This document shows, piece by piece, positions 19,691 through 29,043 of a stretch of 64,000 nt of DNA (its first letter is position 1; every line of letters begins with the position of its first letter). Source of the DNA: an uncultured Desulfatitalea sp. (GTDB lineage Bacteria; Desulfobacterota; Desulfobacteria; Desulfobacterales; Desulfosarcinaceae); the NCBI GenBank assembly GCA_963668675.2, contig CAXXMB010000001.1, positions 1,184,001-1,248,000 on the forward strand. Direction: 5' to 3'. The notes beneath the pieces were generated by a model. That model did not search any database. It was given only the letters and a program-made list of their open reading frames with translations, and was not told where the DNA came from. Made by a program: the position numbers and the translations under genes.

Positions 19691-19929
19691 CACCCTAAAT
19701 ATTTTGTTAGTCTAATCACGATTCGGCCGAATGCCACATATCGATTTGGCGTCATGATGGTTTTATGGTCTCAGGTAGTTGCCGTTCGGGCGGGACAACG
19801 GCTGGAACGGCTCTGACGGCACCTCGATTGGCGAAACGCGCTCTCATGGGGACGCCGTTATGGTATCCGCAACCGGAAGCGCATCCCCGGTGGGGCAGAG
19901 ACGCCTCTGGGGACAGTGAGCATGGTCCT

Positions 19930-20517
19930 CTATAGGCTGCCCTTGGATGACGGGATCCCCTTTATCCGACTGTCCATGGCTGCTGCCTCTCTTAATGCGC
20001 GACCCAACCCTTTAAAAGCGGCCTCGATCATATGGTGCCAATTGTCTCCATAGGCGAAGCGCACATGAAGGTTCAAGCCTGCTTTATAGGCCAGCGCCCT
20101 GAAGAACTCCGATGCCAGGGAGGAGTCGAAGTCGTTCTGGCGAGGCATTTTTCTGGGCATCAGAAATTTCAAATAGGGTCTGTTCGACAAATCGAGCGTC
20201 ACCTCGGTCAATGCATCATCCATTGGGATGACAGCGTGTCCGTATCTGCAAATGCCCTTCCGGTCCCCGAGTGCTTTCTGAACAGCCTCTCCCAGCACCA
20301 GACCGGCATCCTCTACCGTGTGATGGAGATCCACTTCGATATCACCTCTGGCGGCGACCTCAAGATCGACTTGTCCGTGCACCACCATCAAGGTCAACAT
20401 ATGGTCAAAAAAACCGATCCCCGTATCGATTTCATAGGATCCGCTACCGTCCAGATTCAACTTAATGCGGATTTGGGTCTCCTTGGTCTTGCGTTCAAGC
20501 TCGGCAATGCGCTTCAT
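19930..20517 (-). CDS. hisB: Imidazoleglycerol-phosphate dehydratase
   Basis: RKTKET, TGIGFFDHML, DLHHTVED, PMDDAL, NWHHMIEAAFK, PSSKG. Confidence 0.96.
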   Translation of the reverse strand: MKRIAELERKTKETQIRIKLNLDGSGSYEIDTGIGFFDHMLTLMVVHGQVDLEVAARGDIEVDLHHTVEDAGLVLGEAVQKALGDRKGICRYGHAVIPMDDALTEVTLDLSNRPYLKFLMPRKMPRQNDFDSSLASEFFRALAYKAGLNLHVRFAYGDNWHHMIEAAFKGLGRALREAAAMDSRIKGIPSSKGSL

Positions 20518-20813
20518 TGACGGTCCTTTTTTGGGAGATCTATTTTCGTTTGGCTGGCTTCTGCTTTCGATATGTTTATCTTAAGTTTTTAACCTATTGC
20601 GCCCTATAAAGCAAGTAGATAGGGCGTCCGTCTCCGGCCACTTCGACTGCAGTTCGGACCATCTGCTTTGGGTTCACAGATGGCAAAAGGGGCTTGATTT
20701 CATCACTTCATGCAAGTAAATCGGTAAGGTCTCAAATGCGTTCAAAAAAGGATGACCCCCCAGTCTTATGCCGGAGGTCTTCGCAGAGATGATCCTATAA
20801 GGAGATTGTACAG

Positions 20814-22547
20814 ATGAAAATGAAACCTATTGAGCTGAAAGATGCCCATAAAAAATACCAACACGACCAGGATAAGGTCACCTCTCCAGATACTACCGTC
20901 GCGCGATTCAAGGAGCGGCTGGCTGAAACCGGATTGGATATCCTTGAGGATATCGTGCGCACCGATAACGGCCGTCTGGACATCCCGGTCTACTTCAGCG
21001 TATGCGGCACCGATGCGCGCGAGGCCATCGGCAATTACAAACAGATGGGGAAAGGGGCCACACCGATCCAGGCCCAGGCCAGCGCCGTTATGGAACTTGG
21101 TGAAAGATTCAGCCTCTTCAGCTTCTATCGCAACGGATCCAATTTCATCCAGGCCCCGCGCAACGCCATCGATGAGCCCACCATCGGATTCGACCGTATC
21201 GCGCAATCCGTCTCGGACCAATCAGACGATCTGCCAGTTGCCCGCGCCATCTTCAATGAACTGCCCTTGCACTGGACATGGGCCTATAACCTGACTCGCG
21301 AGGAGTCTGTACTGGTACCGTTCAACTGGTTCTGGGCCATCAATGAGTTTAACGGGTCATCGGCCGGCAACTGCAATGAGGAGGCGATTTGCCAGGGAAT
21401 CTGTGAAGTGGTGGAGCGGCATGCATCGGCACTGGTCAGCAGGAATCGATTAGGGGTGCCGCGTATCGTCGAATCCTCCATTGAAGATCCCGTGGCCTTA
21501 GAGTTGATGTCCAAATACAAAAAGGCCGGCATCGAGCTATGCCTCTCCGATTTTACCCTCGACACGGGCATCCCCACCATCGCTGCGCTGGCGTGGGATC
21601 CGACCACATTTCCAGAAAAGAGTGAGATTGTCTGGACCGCGGGCACCACCCCCGGACCGGCCAAAGCCCTCTGCCGGGCATTGACCGAGGTCGCCCAGTT
21701 AGCAGGCGATTTCAACAGCGGCGGCAACTATGTGGCCAGTGGTCTTCCGAAATTCCGAACCCTTGAACAGGCTGACCACATACTCAACCCGGGATGCAAC
21801 ATAGAGATGGGCAATCTACCCGATTTGGGGGACGTCAACATCAAAACCGAAGTATCGCGTCTGGTCGAAACGCTCGCCAGACGCGATAAAGAGGTCTTCC
21901 TGATTGACATCCGGCACCCTCGGCTCGACATTCCCGCCTTCTACACCATCGTGCCAGGGGCCCATTTCCGCGAGCGCGCCGCACAACCCAGTGTCGGCAT
22001 GATATGCGCCAAAATCATCATCGAAAACTTCCCCCCGGAAACGGCCAAGGCCCGATTGGCCAAGATCGAAGAGATGCTGCCCGGCAAACACTACACCTAC
22101 TTCTATCTGGCCCAGTTGGAACTCAACACGGGAAACTATCCAGCCGCTATTTCTCATCTGAATCGGGCGGCTGCCCTGAAACCCGATATCGAAGATTTGG
22201 CAAGTATCCACACCTATCTTGGGGTGTGCCACAAAGAGATGGAGAACTATCTGGAGGCATTGACGGCTTTGAACAGTGCTGACCAGCTGGATTCCGAACG
22301 CACCGACACCCTCAACCTGATGGGGGTCTGTCACTACAAGCTGTCTGATTTCGAATCGGCCATTGCGTGCTTTCGGCGGGTTATCGCATTGGACCCCAGC
22401 TCTGCCATCGATTACGCCAACCTCGCTGTCAACTACCGTGCCATCGATGAGACGGCCAAAGCAATCGAGTATTTCCAGCTGGCCTTGGCATTAGATCCCG
22501 GTATCGATTTCGCCAAAGCCCATCTGGCAGAGATGGGCGAAATATAG
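20814..22547 (+). CDS. YcaO-family ATP-dependent peptide-backbone modification enzyme fused to C-terminal TPR repeats
   Basis: MGKGAT..QAQASAVMELGER, NGSSAGN..EEAICQGICEVVERH, ALTEVAQ; about 150-aa C-terminal TPR array. Confidence 0.85.
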   Translation: MKMKPIELKDAHKKYQHDQDKVTSPDTTVARFKERLAETGLDILEDIVRTDNGRLDIPVYFSVCGTDAREAIGNYKQMGKGATPIQAQASAVMELGERFSLFSFYRNGSNFIQAPRNAIDEPTIGFDRIAQSVSDQSDDLPVARAIFNELPLHWTWAYNLTREESVLVPFNWFWAINEFNGSSAGNCNEEAICQGICEVVERHASALVSRNRLGVPRIVESSIEDPVALELMSKYKKAGIELCLSDFTLDTGIPTIAALAWDPTTFPEKSEIVWTAGTTPGPAKALCRALTEVAQLAGDFNSGGNYVASGLPKFRTLEQADHILNPGCNIEMGNLPDLGDVNIKTEVSRLVETLARRDKEVFLIDIRHPRLDIPAFYTIVPGAHFRERAAQPSVGMICAKIIIENFPPETAKARLAKIEEMLPGKHYTYFYLAQLELNTGNYPAAISHLNRAAALKPDIEDLASIHTYLGVCHKEMENYLEALTALNSADQLDSERTDTLNLMGVCHYKLSDFESAIACFRRVIALDPSSAIDYANLAVNYRAIDETAKAIEYFQLALALDPGIDFAKAHLAEMGEI

Positions 22548-22551
22548 GGTG

Positions 22552-23340
22552 TTAATCAAAATCGCTGCACTTTGCCAGCACTTCGTCGGCCAGATCACTG
22601 TAATCAATGGCGCCAAAACTGCTTTTTCGATAAAAAACGACCGGTCGGCAGACGTCCGCACTCTCGGCTATGGTGATGTTTGTTCGAACCACCGTATCGA
22701 AGACCAGGTCCCGGTATTCATCTTCGGTTTTCAGTTGATTCAGGACCCGCCGGCTGACGCGCGTACGCGAATCGTAGAAGGTGGGGACGATGCCCAGGAT
22801 CGAGATATCCGGGTTGATCGCCTCTTTCACGGCAGAGATTGTATCAAGCAGCTCCCTCAATGCAGCATATGCATAGGGGTGGGTCTGGCAGGGTACCAGT
22901 ACATGGCGGGCATAGGTGAACACATTGACCGTCAGCAGTGAGAGACTAGGAGGGGTATCGAGGAGAATGAAATCGTATCCATTGGATAAATTCGCCAAAG
23001 CCTCCCTGAGCAGATTCTCCCTTCCGGCCACATCGGCCAACTCCACTTCGGCGCCCGAAAGATCCACATGGGAGGGAAGCAGGTCCAATCCGTCCCATGC
23101 CGTAGCGACGACCGCCTCATCTGCACTCAGCGATCTATCCCTGGCCAAGAGGTCATAGACCGTTGGTGCATCCTCTTCCAGCGCCACCCCCAACCCCTTG
23201 GTAGCGCCGGCCTGGGGGTCCATATCGATGATCAAAACCCTCTGGTTTAAAAGGGATAAGGCTGCGCCCAGGTTGATCACAGTGACGGTTTTACCAACTC
23301 CGCCCTTCTCATTTGCAACGGCAATGGTACGGGATTTCAT
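22552..23340 (-). CDS. ParA/Soj-family ATPase (no adjacent parB)
   Basis: Deviant Walker A NEKGGVGKT, IDMDPQ, LLDTPPSL. Confidence 0.9.
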   Translation of the reverse strand: MKSRTIAVANEKGGVGKTVTVINLGAALSLLNQRVLIIDMDPQAGATKGLGVALEEDAPTVYDLLARDRSLSADEAVVATAWDGLDLLPSHVDLSGAEVELADVAGRENLLREALANLSNGYDFILLDTPPSLSLLTVNVFTYARHVLVPCQTHPYAYAALRELLDTISAVKEAINPDISILGIVPTFYDSRTRVSRRVLNQLKTEDEYRDLVFDTVVRTNITIAESADVCRPVVFYRKSSFGAIDYSDLADEVLAKCSDFD

Positions 23341-23352
23341 AGGGAACTCCTC

Positions 23353-25632
23353 CTAATTTGAATGCGTGGCCTCATCGTCAATCAGCGTCGTCACCTCCCC
23401 GCGGACGCGCTCCAATTGCACTTGGATGGTGGTGATCGCACTCTCAATTCTCTCCAAAGCCTTGTCCGTGCGCTCCTTGTCGTCGTGTTGGTTTGCAATG
23501 GTATTGACCAGGCTTTTCAAATCCCCCACATAGGCCCCAAACTGTTCGGTGAGGATCTCGTGCAACTGGTTGCCTGCCATTTCAGCCAGGCGCTGGACAT
23601 ACTGAAATTTCACATTCTCCCTGTAGTCCTTGAAATGGGATACGATCGACCGTTCTGTCTCCGACTTCATTCTGCGGATACCGCTTTTCAGCGCCTTGAG
23701 CTCTTCCGAGGACTTCGAAGTGCCCGACTTGTTCAACACCTTTCGAATCAAACGCGCCACGGAGTAAAAGCCAAGCCTCACGATGGCCTCGGTCTTGATG
23801 TAAGCACTGTATCTCATGGTGGCCGCGGCCGGCGGCAATGCGATACCGCCCACCTGCTTCACGGCGTTGAGGTCCCCAAAAGATTGGAGATCTCTTTTGA
23901 CCGGCGCCGCATCGATCCCCATCTGCAGCAGCACCTCTTGAAAACGCTCCAATGCATCGGTGACCATCGCCTCATAGGGTTCTCCGATCATGTGGAGCTG
24001 CTCCTGCAGCCGCATTTCGACTTTCTGGATGTATCCAATGATATCGGGGTTGACCTTTTCAGTCATGTAGGCATCCACAGCCTGTTTCAAATCCTGAAAT
24101 ACCAGATAGAGGGTATGGGTGAATCCCGAAGAGGCGAGCTGCTCCTGGTAGCGGGCCAGGTCCACATTGTACTCCCGGACAAATCCGGTAGCCATCTGGG
24201 TGATGGGGCCGCTGCTTGAATCGAAAAAACGATCCACCTCTTTTTTCAACTCCTGGCTCACTTTTCTCACGGCACCATTGAGGGTGCTATGGATCATCGA
24301 TTGGACCTGAAGCATGTGCAACTGGTGAACGTGAAGCTTTTCCGCCATGGATCGTGCTTCCCCGGCATCGCGCCGAAAAAGGTCCCGATGAAGCTGCACC
24401 CATTGTTTGAGCCCGTTCGCCGTCACATCGATGTGGGCCAACTGATTTTGAAGCAGCAAAGACCAGCGTTGATGAGAGAGTTTGTGATCCAAAGCGGCCT
24501 CCAACCGAGCGGTCTCCTGGCTTGAAAAGTCGACCAACTCCTTGGCCTTGCGCCACTGTTTCAAACGCTCCTTCTCCAACGGTTTGAGATCGGAACGAAA
24601 GCGATCAAACAGATTAAATAGGGCTGAGAAGGCAAAGATATCCGGTGAGTCCACCACCAGTGACAGCTCTTCATGGAGACGTCGAATCAGGGCTTGAAGG
24701 TCATCTATACTGTCGTGCTCGTTTAGATCGCAGTTGCATACATAGAGCATGTTTTTCGCAATCCCCATCCGCTTGATCATGGACAGAAAACGGATGTCGG
24801 CCTGACGCAATCCCGTTCGACTGCTGACCACATAGATGATCAAGTGCGCTTTTAGCAGGTAGTCCTGTATCATTGCCAAATGAAGTGGATTGGGCGAATC
24901 GCTCCCCTGGCAGTCGGCCAGTTCTATATCTCCCTTCAATATATCCCCGGGGACCGCTAACTTGACATCCTTCAGATAGACGGCCAGGGCATCACTGCCC
25001 ACAAAATCCCGATGCTCGGCAAATCGCTCACTGTCGAATTCACGGGTAGAGCTGTCGGCAGAGATGTAAGGCGCAACCTGATCATAACCTTTCAGATAGG
25101 ATGAAAGCAGCACACCATTGGCGTTGAGCTGATCCCGATAAACTCGAGATTCATGGTCGAGCGTCTCCAACGCCTTTTCCAGGTCTTGTCGGTCTTGATT
25201 TCGCCGGATATCGAAATCATGGCGATCCGAACGCCAGTCATTCGAAGGGAAAAGCACCAAGGCTTGTTGGATGTCTTCGTTCACTTTATCCCAAGACTTG
25301 AAGAAAAGTTGCGCCTGAAGCCGATCGCCCTGACGGATACGGGTGACAATGGAGGTCACCACGCCGGCGCCTCTTTTCAAGTAGTCGTCATTCAACAATG
25401 CATTGACCAGAGTGCTCTTGCCCGACTTGATCGCCCCGACCACTGCAATACGAACCACATGATCGCGCAAGTGGCGGTCGATAATTTTGCACGACTGCTT
25501 CCACTGCTCAAAACCAGATGGGTTGTCGTCCAGAGCCGTTTCCGCCTGGTGGATCAGTGCGGATATCTCCTGATTAATATTGAGTATTGCTTCTTTATTT
25601 TTTTCGTAGGCATCCATAAGATAGTCCGCCAT
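23353..25632 (-). CDS. Bacterial dynamin-like GTPase
   Basis: IAVVGAIKSGKSTLVNALL (G1), GVVTS (G2), LADCQG (G3); long helical C-terminal stalk; 759 aa. Confidence 0.8.
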   Translation of the reverse strand: MADYLMDAYEKNKEAILNINQEISALIHQAETALDDNPSGFEQWKQSCKIIDRHLRDHVVRIAVVGAIKSGKSTLVNALLNDDYLKRGAGVVTSIVTRIRQGDRLQAQLFFKSWDKVNEDIQQALVLFPSNDWRSDRHDFDIRRNQDRQDLEKALETLDHESRVYRDQLNANGVLLSSYLKGYDQVAPYISADSSTREFDSERFAEHRDFVGSDALAVYLKDVKLAVPGDILKGDIELADCQGSDSPNPLHLAMIQDYLLKAHLIIYVVSSRTGLRQADIRFLSMIKRMGIAKNMLYVCNCDLNEHDSIDDLQALIRRLHEELSLVVDSPDIFAFSALFNLFDRFRSDLKPLEKERLKQWRKAKELVDFSSQETARLEAALDHKLSHQRWSLLLQNQLAHIDVTANGLKQWVQLHRDLFRRDAGEARSMAEKLHVHQLHMLQVQSMIHSTLNGAVRKVSQELKKEVDRFFDSSSGPITQMATGFVREYNVDLARYQEQLASSGFTHTLYLVFQDLKQAVDAYMTEKVNPDIIGYIQKVEMRLQEQLHMIGEPYEAMVTDALERFQEVLLQMGIDAAPVKRDLQSFGDLNAVKQVGGIALPPAAATMRYSAYIKTEAIVRLGFYSVARLIRKVLNKSGTSKSSEELKALKSGIRRMKSETERSIVSHFKDYRENVKFQYVQRLAEMAGNQLHEILTEQFGAYVGDLKSLVNTIANQHDDKERTDKALERIESAITTIQVQLERVRGEVTTLIDDEATHSN

Positions 25633-25843
25633 TGGATCATTTAACGTTTCGATTCAATCCTGTTGCATATAGCAATGCTCGGTCTGAATTGTCAAAAGCT
25701 TAACCCGTACCATATCTATGGGTTCGGGCGGCACAAAATACAATGGCTTGTTAATTCAATGATTTTATGATATTTAGCTCTTTAAATAACTCGAATTGGA
25801 CACCTGTGGTAGCACGGTTCTAATAACACAAGGATTGGAATTC

Positions 25844-25993
25844 ATGTCTGAAAAAAATCCTGAATGCCCTCTATATAATCCCTTAAACTGTAAGGAATAT
25901 TATAATCCGAAACTGTGCGCATTCGTGCGCAAGGACAAAACCTGCCTGAAAAAGAAAAAACCCAAGCAAAAACAAAAGAAGAGTGAGGACTGA
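25844..25993 (+). CDS. 49-aa small protein with four Cys and a Lys-rich tail
   Basis: MSEKNPECPLYNPLNCKEYYNPKLCAFVRKDKTCLKKKKPKQKQKKSED; AAGGA upstream of ATG 25844; followed by a terminator. Confidence 0.6.
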   Translation: MSEKNPECPLYNPLNCKEYYNPKLCAFVRKDKTCLKKKKPKQKQKKSED

Positions 25994-26024
25994 TCTATTC
26001 TTCTCTTTATTTCTGTTCGAGGGG

Positions 26025-26052
26025 GGGGGCGTCTGCGGCGCCCCCTTTTTTT
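26025..26052 (+). terminator. Intrinsic terminator
   Basis: GGGGGCGTC-TGC-GGCGCCCCC stem followed by T7. Confidence 0.75.
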
Positions 26053-26120
26053 AGGGGCAGAAAGCGCTTCCGTTTTCCCGTTTGCATAACGGCCGCCCCC
26101 CATAACACCCCAATGCACGC

Positions 26121-26690
26121 TCATGCGTGCCCGGCAATGTCGGAGAGGGATTGTGGATCAATCCCCAAGCGGCGAATAGCACGCTCCCACTTCTCCTCCT
26201 GTGGGCAATTAAAGATAATCTCTTCGTCACACGCACTGACAAGCCATGCGTTCTGGGACAGTTCCCACTCGAGCTGGCCCGGCGCCCATCCGGCACACCC
26301 TAAACAGATCAGATAATCCCTTGGGCCTCGATTGCTTGCAATGGCTTCAAGAATTGCAGCTGAATTGCTCAATCCAAGGGAATCGCTCACCTGCAGGCTC
26401 TGCTGCCAGTCGAGGGGAGGACCGTGCAGTATGAACAGCTCATTGGTATGGACTGGACCTCCCATATGGATAGGAATCGATGCCGCATGTTCGTCGAACT
26501 CGATACCAAGCTCATGGAAAATCATTCGACCGTGCAGCCCCTCGTGGATCTGATTGATCACGATACCCACAGCCCCGTCATCGGTATGTTCCGTAATACA
26601 TGTCACCGATTGGCGAAAATTGGGATCGATCAGGGCCGGCATTGCCATGATAAAACAGCCCTTGAGCGATGATGGTTTGAAGTCATCCAT
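26121..26690 (-). CDS. YqgE/AlgH family protein (UPF0301)
   Basis: AMPALIDPNFRQSV.CITEH..DGAVGIVIN, GGPV, GCAGWAPGQLE.EL..NAW, C-terminal AGHA. Confidence 0.93.
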   Translation of the reverse strand: MDDFKPSSLKGCFIMAMPALIDPNFRQSVTCITEHTDDGAVGIVINQIHEGLHGRMIFHELGIEFDEHAASIPIHMGGPVHTNELFILHGPPLDWQQSLQVSDSLGLSNSAAILEAIASNRGPRDYLICLGCAGWAPGQLEWELSQNAWLVSACDEEIIFNCPQEEKWERAIRRLGIDPQSLSDIAGHA

Positions 26691-26788
26691 GGGATCAGCG
26701 ACTTTCGGTTATGGTTTCGACCCGCTATGTACGACAGGGGTTATCCGTTCATCATTACTATCTTTGCGGACAGTGATGCAAGGGAGCA

Positions 26789-27577
26789 TCACTTTATTAC
26801 CGATTTTGCGACTATGGTGGGGCAGCCATCTTTCAGTACGATATCTCTCAGGTCGTAAACACCCCCGGCGTCGAACTGCCCAGTGCTATCGAGATCAAGA
26901 AGCTGTCTGGCCACCCTAGCAGGGTCTGCCAGGTCTCCACTTTTCTGCATGGCGATGAATTTCGATCTCATGGGAAAATCGCTATTTCGGGAATTCCGAA
27001 TCTCTTCCTGCATGCCGGTCTCCACAACGCCAGGAGCGACAGCGGCCATGTACAAAGGGTGCCCACCTGACCTCTGTTCCATCGATGCGCAGGCCGTCAC
27101 CATTTCCAGTGCCGCCTTTGAAGCGCAGTAGAGGGACCACCCGGCGTAAGGGTGGTGCGCGGCACCCGAGGAGATATTGATGATGCCGCTCTTGCCTTCG
27201 AATGAACCCGAAATACGCATGAAAGCGGCCATTAAAAAAACCGGCGCCACGAAGTTGACCTGCATGAGAGTTGCAATCTGCTGTTGATTCATGCGTTCCA
27301 GAGGGGCGATGGGATTCAATACGCCCGCATTGTTGACGAGCACCAGGCGCTGAATCGAATGCAAGGGTATCTCCCGGGCAAGAGCCTCTGCCGTCTGGTC
27401 GACCTGCGCGGCATCGCTAAGATCGCACCTGAAATGCCTCTCCTCTTCCACCTCCGTTCCTGAGGAACGGGATACGGAGAAGAGCAAATGGCTTCGGTTG
27501 ACCACCTCTTTGGCCAGTGCCTTTCCAATGCCCCGGCTTGTACCGGTCACAATATATGCCGATTTCGCTGACATCAT
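26789..27577 (-). CDS. Short-chain dehydrogenase/reductase (YueD/benzil reductase-like)
   Basis: TGTSRGIG, LVNNAG, NISSGAA, YCASKAA, APGVVET.MQ..IR. Confidence 0.85.
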   Translation of the reverse strand: MMSAKSAYIVTGTSRGIGKALAKEVVNRSHLLFSVSRSSGTEVEEERHFRCDLSDAAQVDQTAEALAREIPLHSIQRLVLVNNAGVLNPIAPLERMNQQQIATLMQVNFVAPVFLMAAFMRISGSFEGKSGIINISSGAAHHPYAGWSLYCASKAALEMVTACASMEQRSGGHPLYMAAVAPGVVETGMQEEIRNSRNSDFPMRSKFIAMQKSGDLADPARVARQLLDLDSTGQFDAGGVYDLRDIVLKDGCPTIVAKSVIK

Positions 27578-27621
27578 CCCTTTTCGAGTTCCTTCCTATG
27601 ATCCGGCTGCCACTGCCCCTA

Positions 27622-28635
27622 TTACCCGTTTCGGCCAAAATCATGTGCCCAAACCAAACCCAGGTGAAGATTGAAATCCGGGGCCGTGCGCGTGAAGATG
27701 TCTTCACAGAAGGCGAACTCGACGCTCCATTTCTCACTCAGGACACGCCGAAATCCGAGGGTTAACTCCACTGCGCCGTCGTCGAGGATGGAGATGCCGG
27801 TCTCTTCGATGGGAGAAGATGAATAGTTCAACTGCACAAACCAACGCCAACGCTCGCTGGACACATAGGCAATGCCGCCAAACATGCTGAAACTGTTTCT
27901 CGCAGAGACATCGGCCCCTTGTGTCTCAGGGTCCGAGTGCCAAATATAGCCCGGCATCAGATAGAGCGACCACTTCTGGCCGTCCCACTGGGTGGGTAAA
28001 AAAATTCCCGCATCCAACCGGCCACTGCCATATCCGAGGGACTCATCTCCAATGGGCAGCTTGATACTGGCCAATAGCGTTCCCGACCACTTTGAAGAGA
28101 CGCCGAGCTTGAACAGGCTCATTTGACCCGAAACGGTCATATCGGCCCAACGCAACTCTCCGGCATCGCCATTGAGCCAAGTGAGACCGTTCTTGCTCAT
28201 GTCGTAGGCGAAACTGTTTTTTGCACGGTCCTCCCTGCCGTAGTTGGGCAGACCGAAAGCGTCATGAAAATTTTCCAGAAAACCATCCAGAAAACCATTG
28301 CTCATGCTGACAAATGGAATCTGCGCACTGATCGAGAACCCTGGCGTGATCCCATAGGTCAGGGAGAGATCCACAACGGTCATCTCCATATCAACCAGGG
28401 CGGACCAGCGACTGCTTTGCTCGTTGATGTAGACACTACTGTAATCAACCGACAGAATGGATTGCAATCTTCCTTCGGTCGGCATTTCGGCACCGGTTGG
28501 CTTTGGTGTCAGGAACATCAGATGCAGCGGAAACCGGTTCTGAACCTGCAAAGGGCCCCGCTCCGCCGCCGCGGTGGCACACCACAATGTCAAGATGGCA
28601 ATGGTCCAGCTGCATAAACGATTGATTCGCGACAT
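27622..28635 (-). CDS. Exported protein, probable outer-membrane beta-strand protein (DUF3187-like)
   Basis: Signal peptide ending AAA; GPLQVQN.FPL; GFLDGFLENFHDAFGLP; amphipathic beta strands. Confidence 0.6.
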   Translation of the reverse strand: MSRINRLCSWTIAILTLWCATAAAERGPLQVQNRFPLHLMFLTPKPTGAEMPTEGRLQSILSVDYSSVYINEQSSRWSALVDMEMTVVDLSLTYGITPGFSISAQIPFVSMSNGFLDGFLENFHDAFGLPNYGREDRAKNSFAYDMSKNGLTWLNGDAGELRWADMTVSGQMSLFKLGVSSKWSGTLLASIKLPIGDESLGYGSGRLDAGIFLPTQWDGQKWSLYLMPGYIWHSDPETQGADVSARNSFSMFGGIAYVSSERWRWFVQLNYSSSPIEETGISILDDGAVELTLGFRRVLSEKWSVEFAFCEDIFTRTAPDFNLHLGLVWAHDFGRNG

Positions 28636-28807
28636 AAAGAGGCCGGTTTGTTTATGGTATTTATTGAAATTTGAAATGTTGTACCAACACGACCATGAGC
28701 CCGCATGTACCATACCGCTTGAGCAAGGGCGCACTCGCTTAATATGCACCTTTCAAACCACATTCCCACAAAAACAGCAACCACTATGAAATTGTTCAAT
28801 AAAGTGC

Positions 28808-28836
28808 TTGACACACTCATGGCATACTGTTAAAGA
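28808..28836 (+). promoter_or_regulatory. Sigma70 promoter of the ilv operon
   Basis: TTGACA-N17-TAAAGA with TG at the extended -10 position. Confidence 0.6.
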
Positions 28837-28865
28837 CCACCTAACTTGCTTAGGTGACTACCATT

Positions 28866-28964
28866 ATGAATATCCTCTCCACCCGACTCGTTCTCGTTCG
28901 AATTATTATTCTCGTACTCGGTGTACTTAGAAACACCGGGTCCAGGGGGGCGATAATGGTATAA
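28866..28964 (+). CDS. ilv operon leader peptide (32 aa)
   Basis: MNILSTRLVLVRIIILVLGVLRNTGSRGAIMV; 16 of 32 codons are Ile/Leu/Val, including ATT ATT ATT; lies directly before the attenuator hairpin. Confidence 0.88.
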   Translation: MNILSTRLVLVRIIILVLGVLRNTGSRGAIMV

Positions 28965-28988
28965 AGCGAAATCCCCGGTGAAACAAAC

Positions 28989-29028
28989 AATCCGTTATCG
29001 GCCCCAAAGCTGATAACGGATTTTTTTT
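28989..29028 (+). terminator. Attenuator terminator of the ilv leader
   Basis: AATCCGTTATCGGC-CCCAAA-GCTGATAACGGATT stem running into T8, just upstream of the ilvD GGAGG RBS. Confidence 0.9.
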
Positions 29029-29043
29029 GGAGGAAAAACATTG

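Noticed and set aside
19858..19923. Short minus-strand ORF MLTVPRGVSAPPGMRFRLRIP after hisB
   Set aside because: Only an RBS-like sequence supports it; no His codons or attenuator structure.
20752..20817. 21-aa ORF MTPQSYAGGLRRDDPIRRLYR overlapping the YcaO start, considered as a RiPP precursor
   Set aside because: No Cys/Ser/Thr-rich core, no leader features and no properly spaced RBS.
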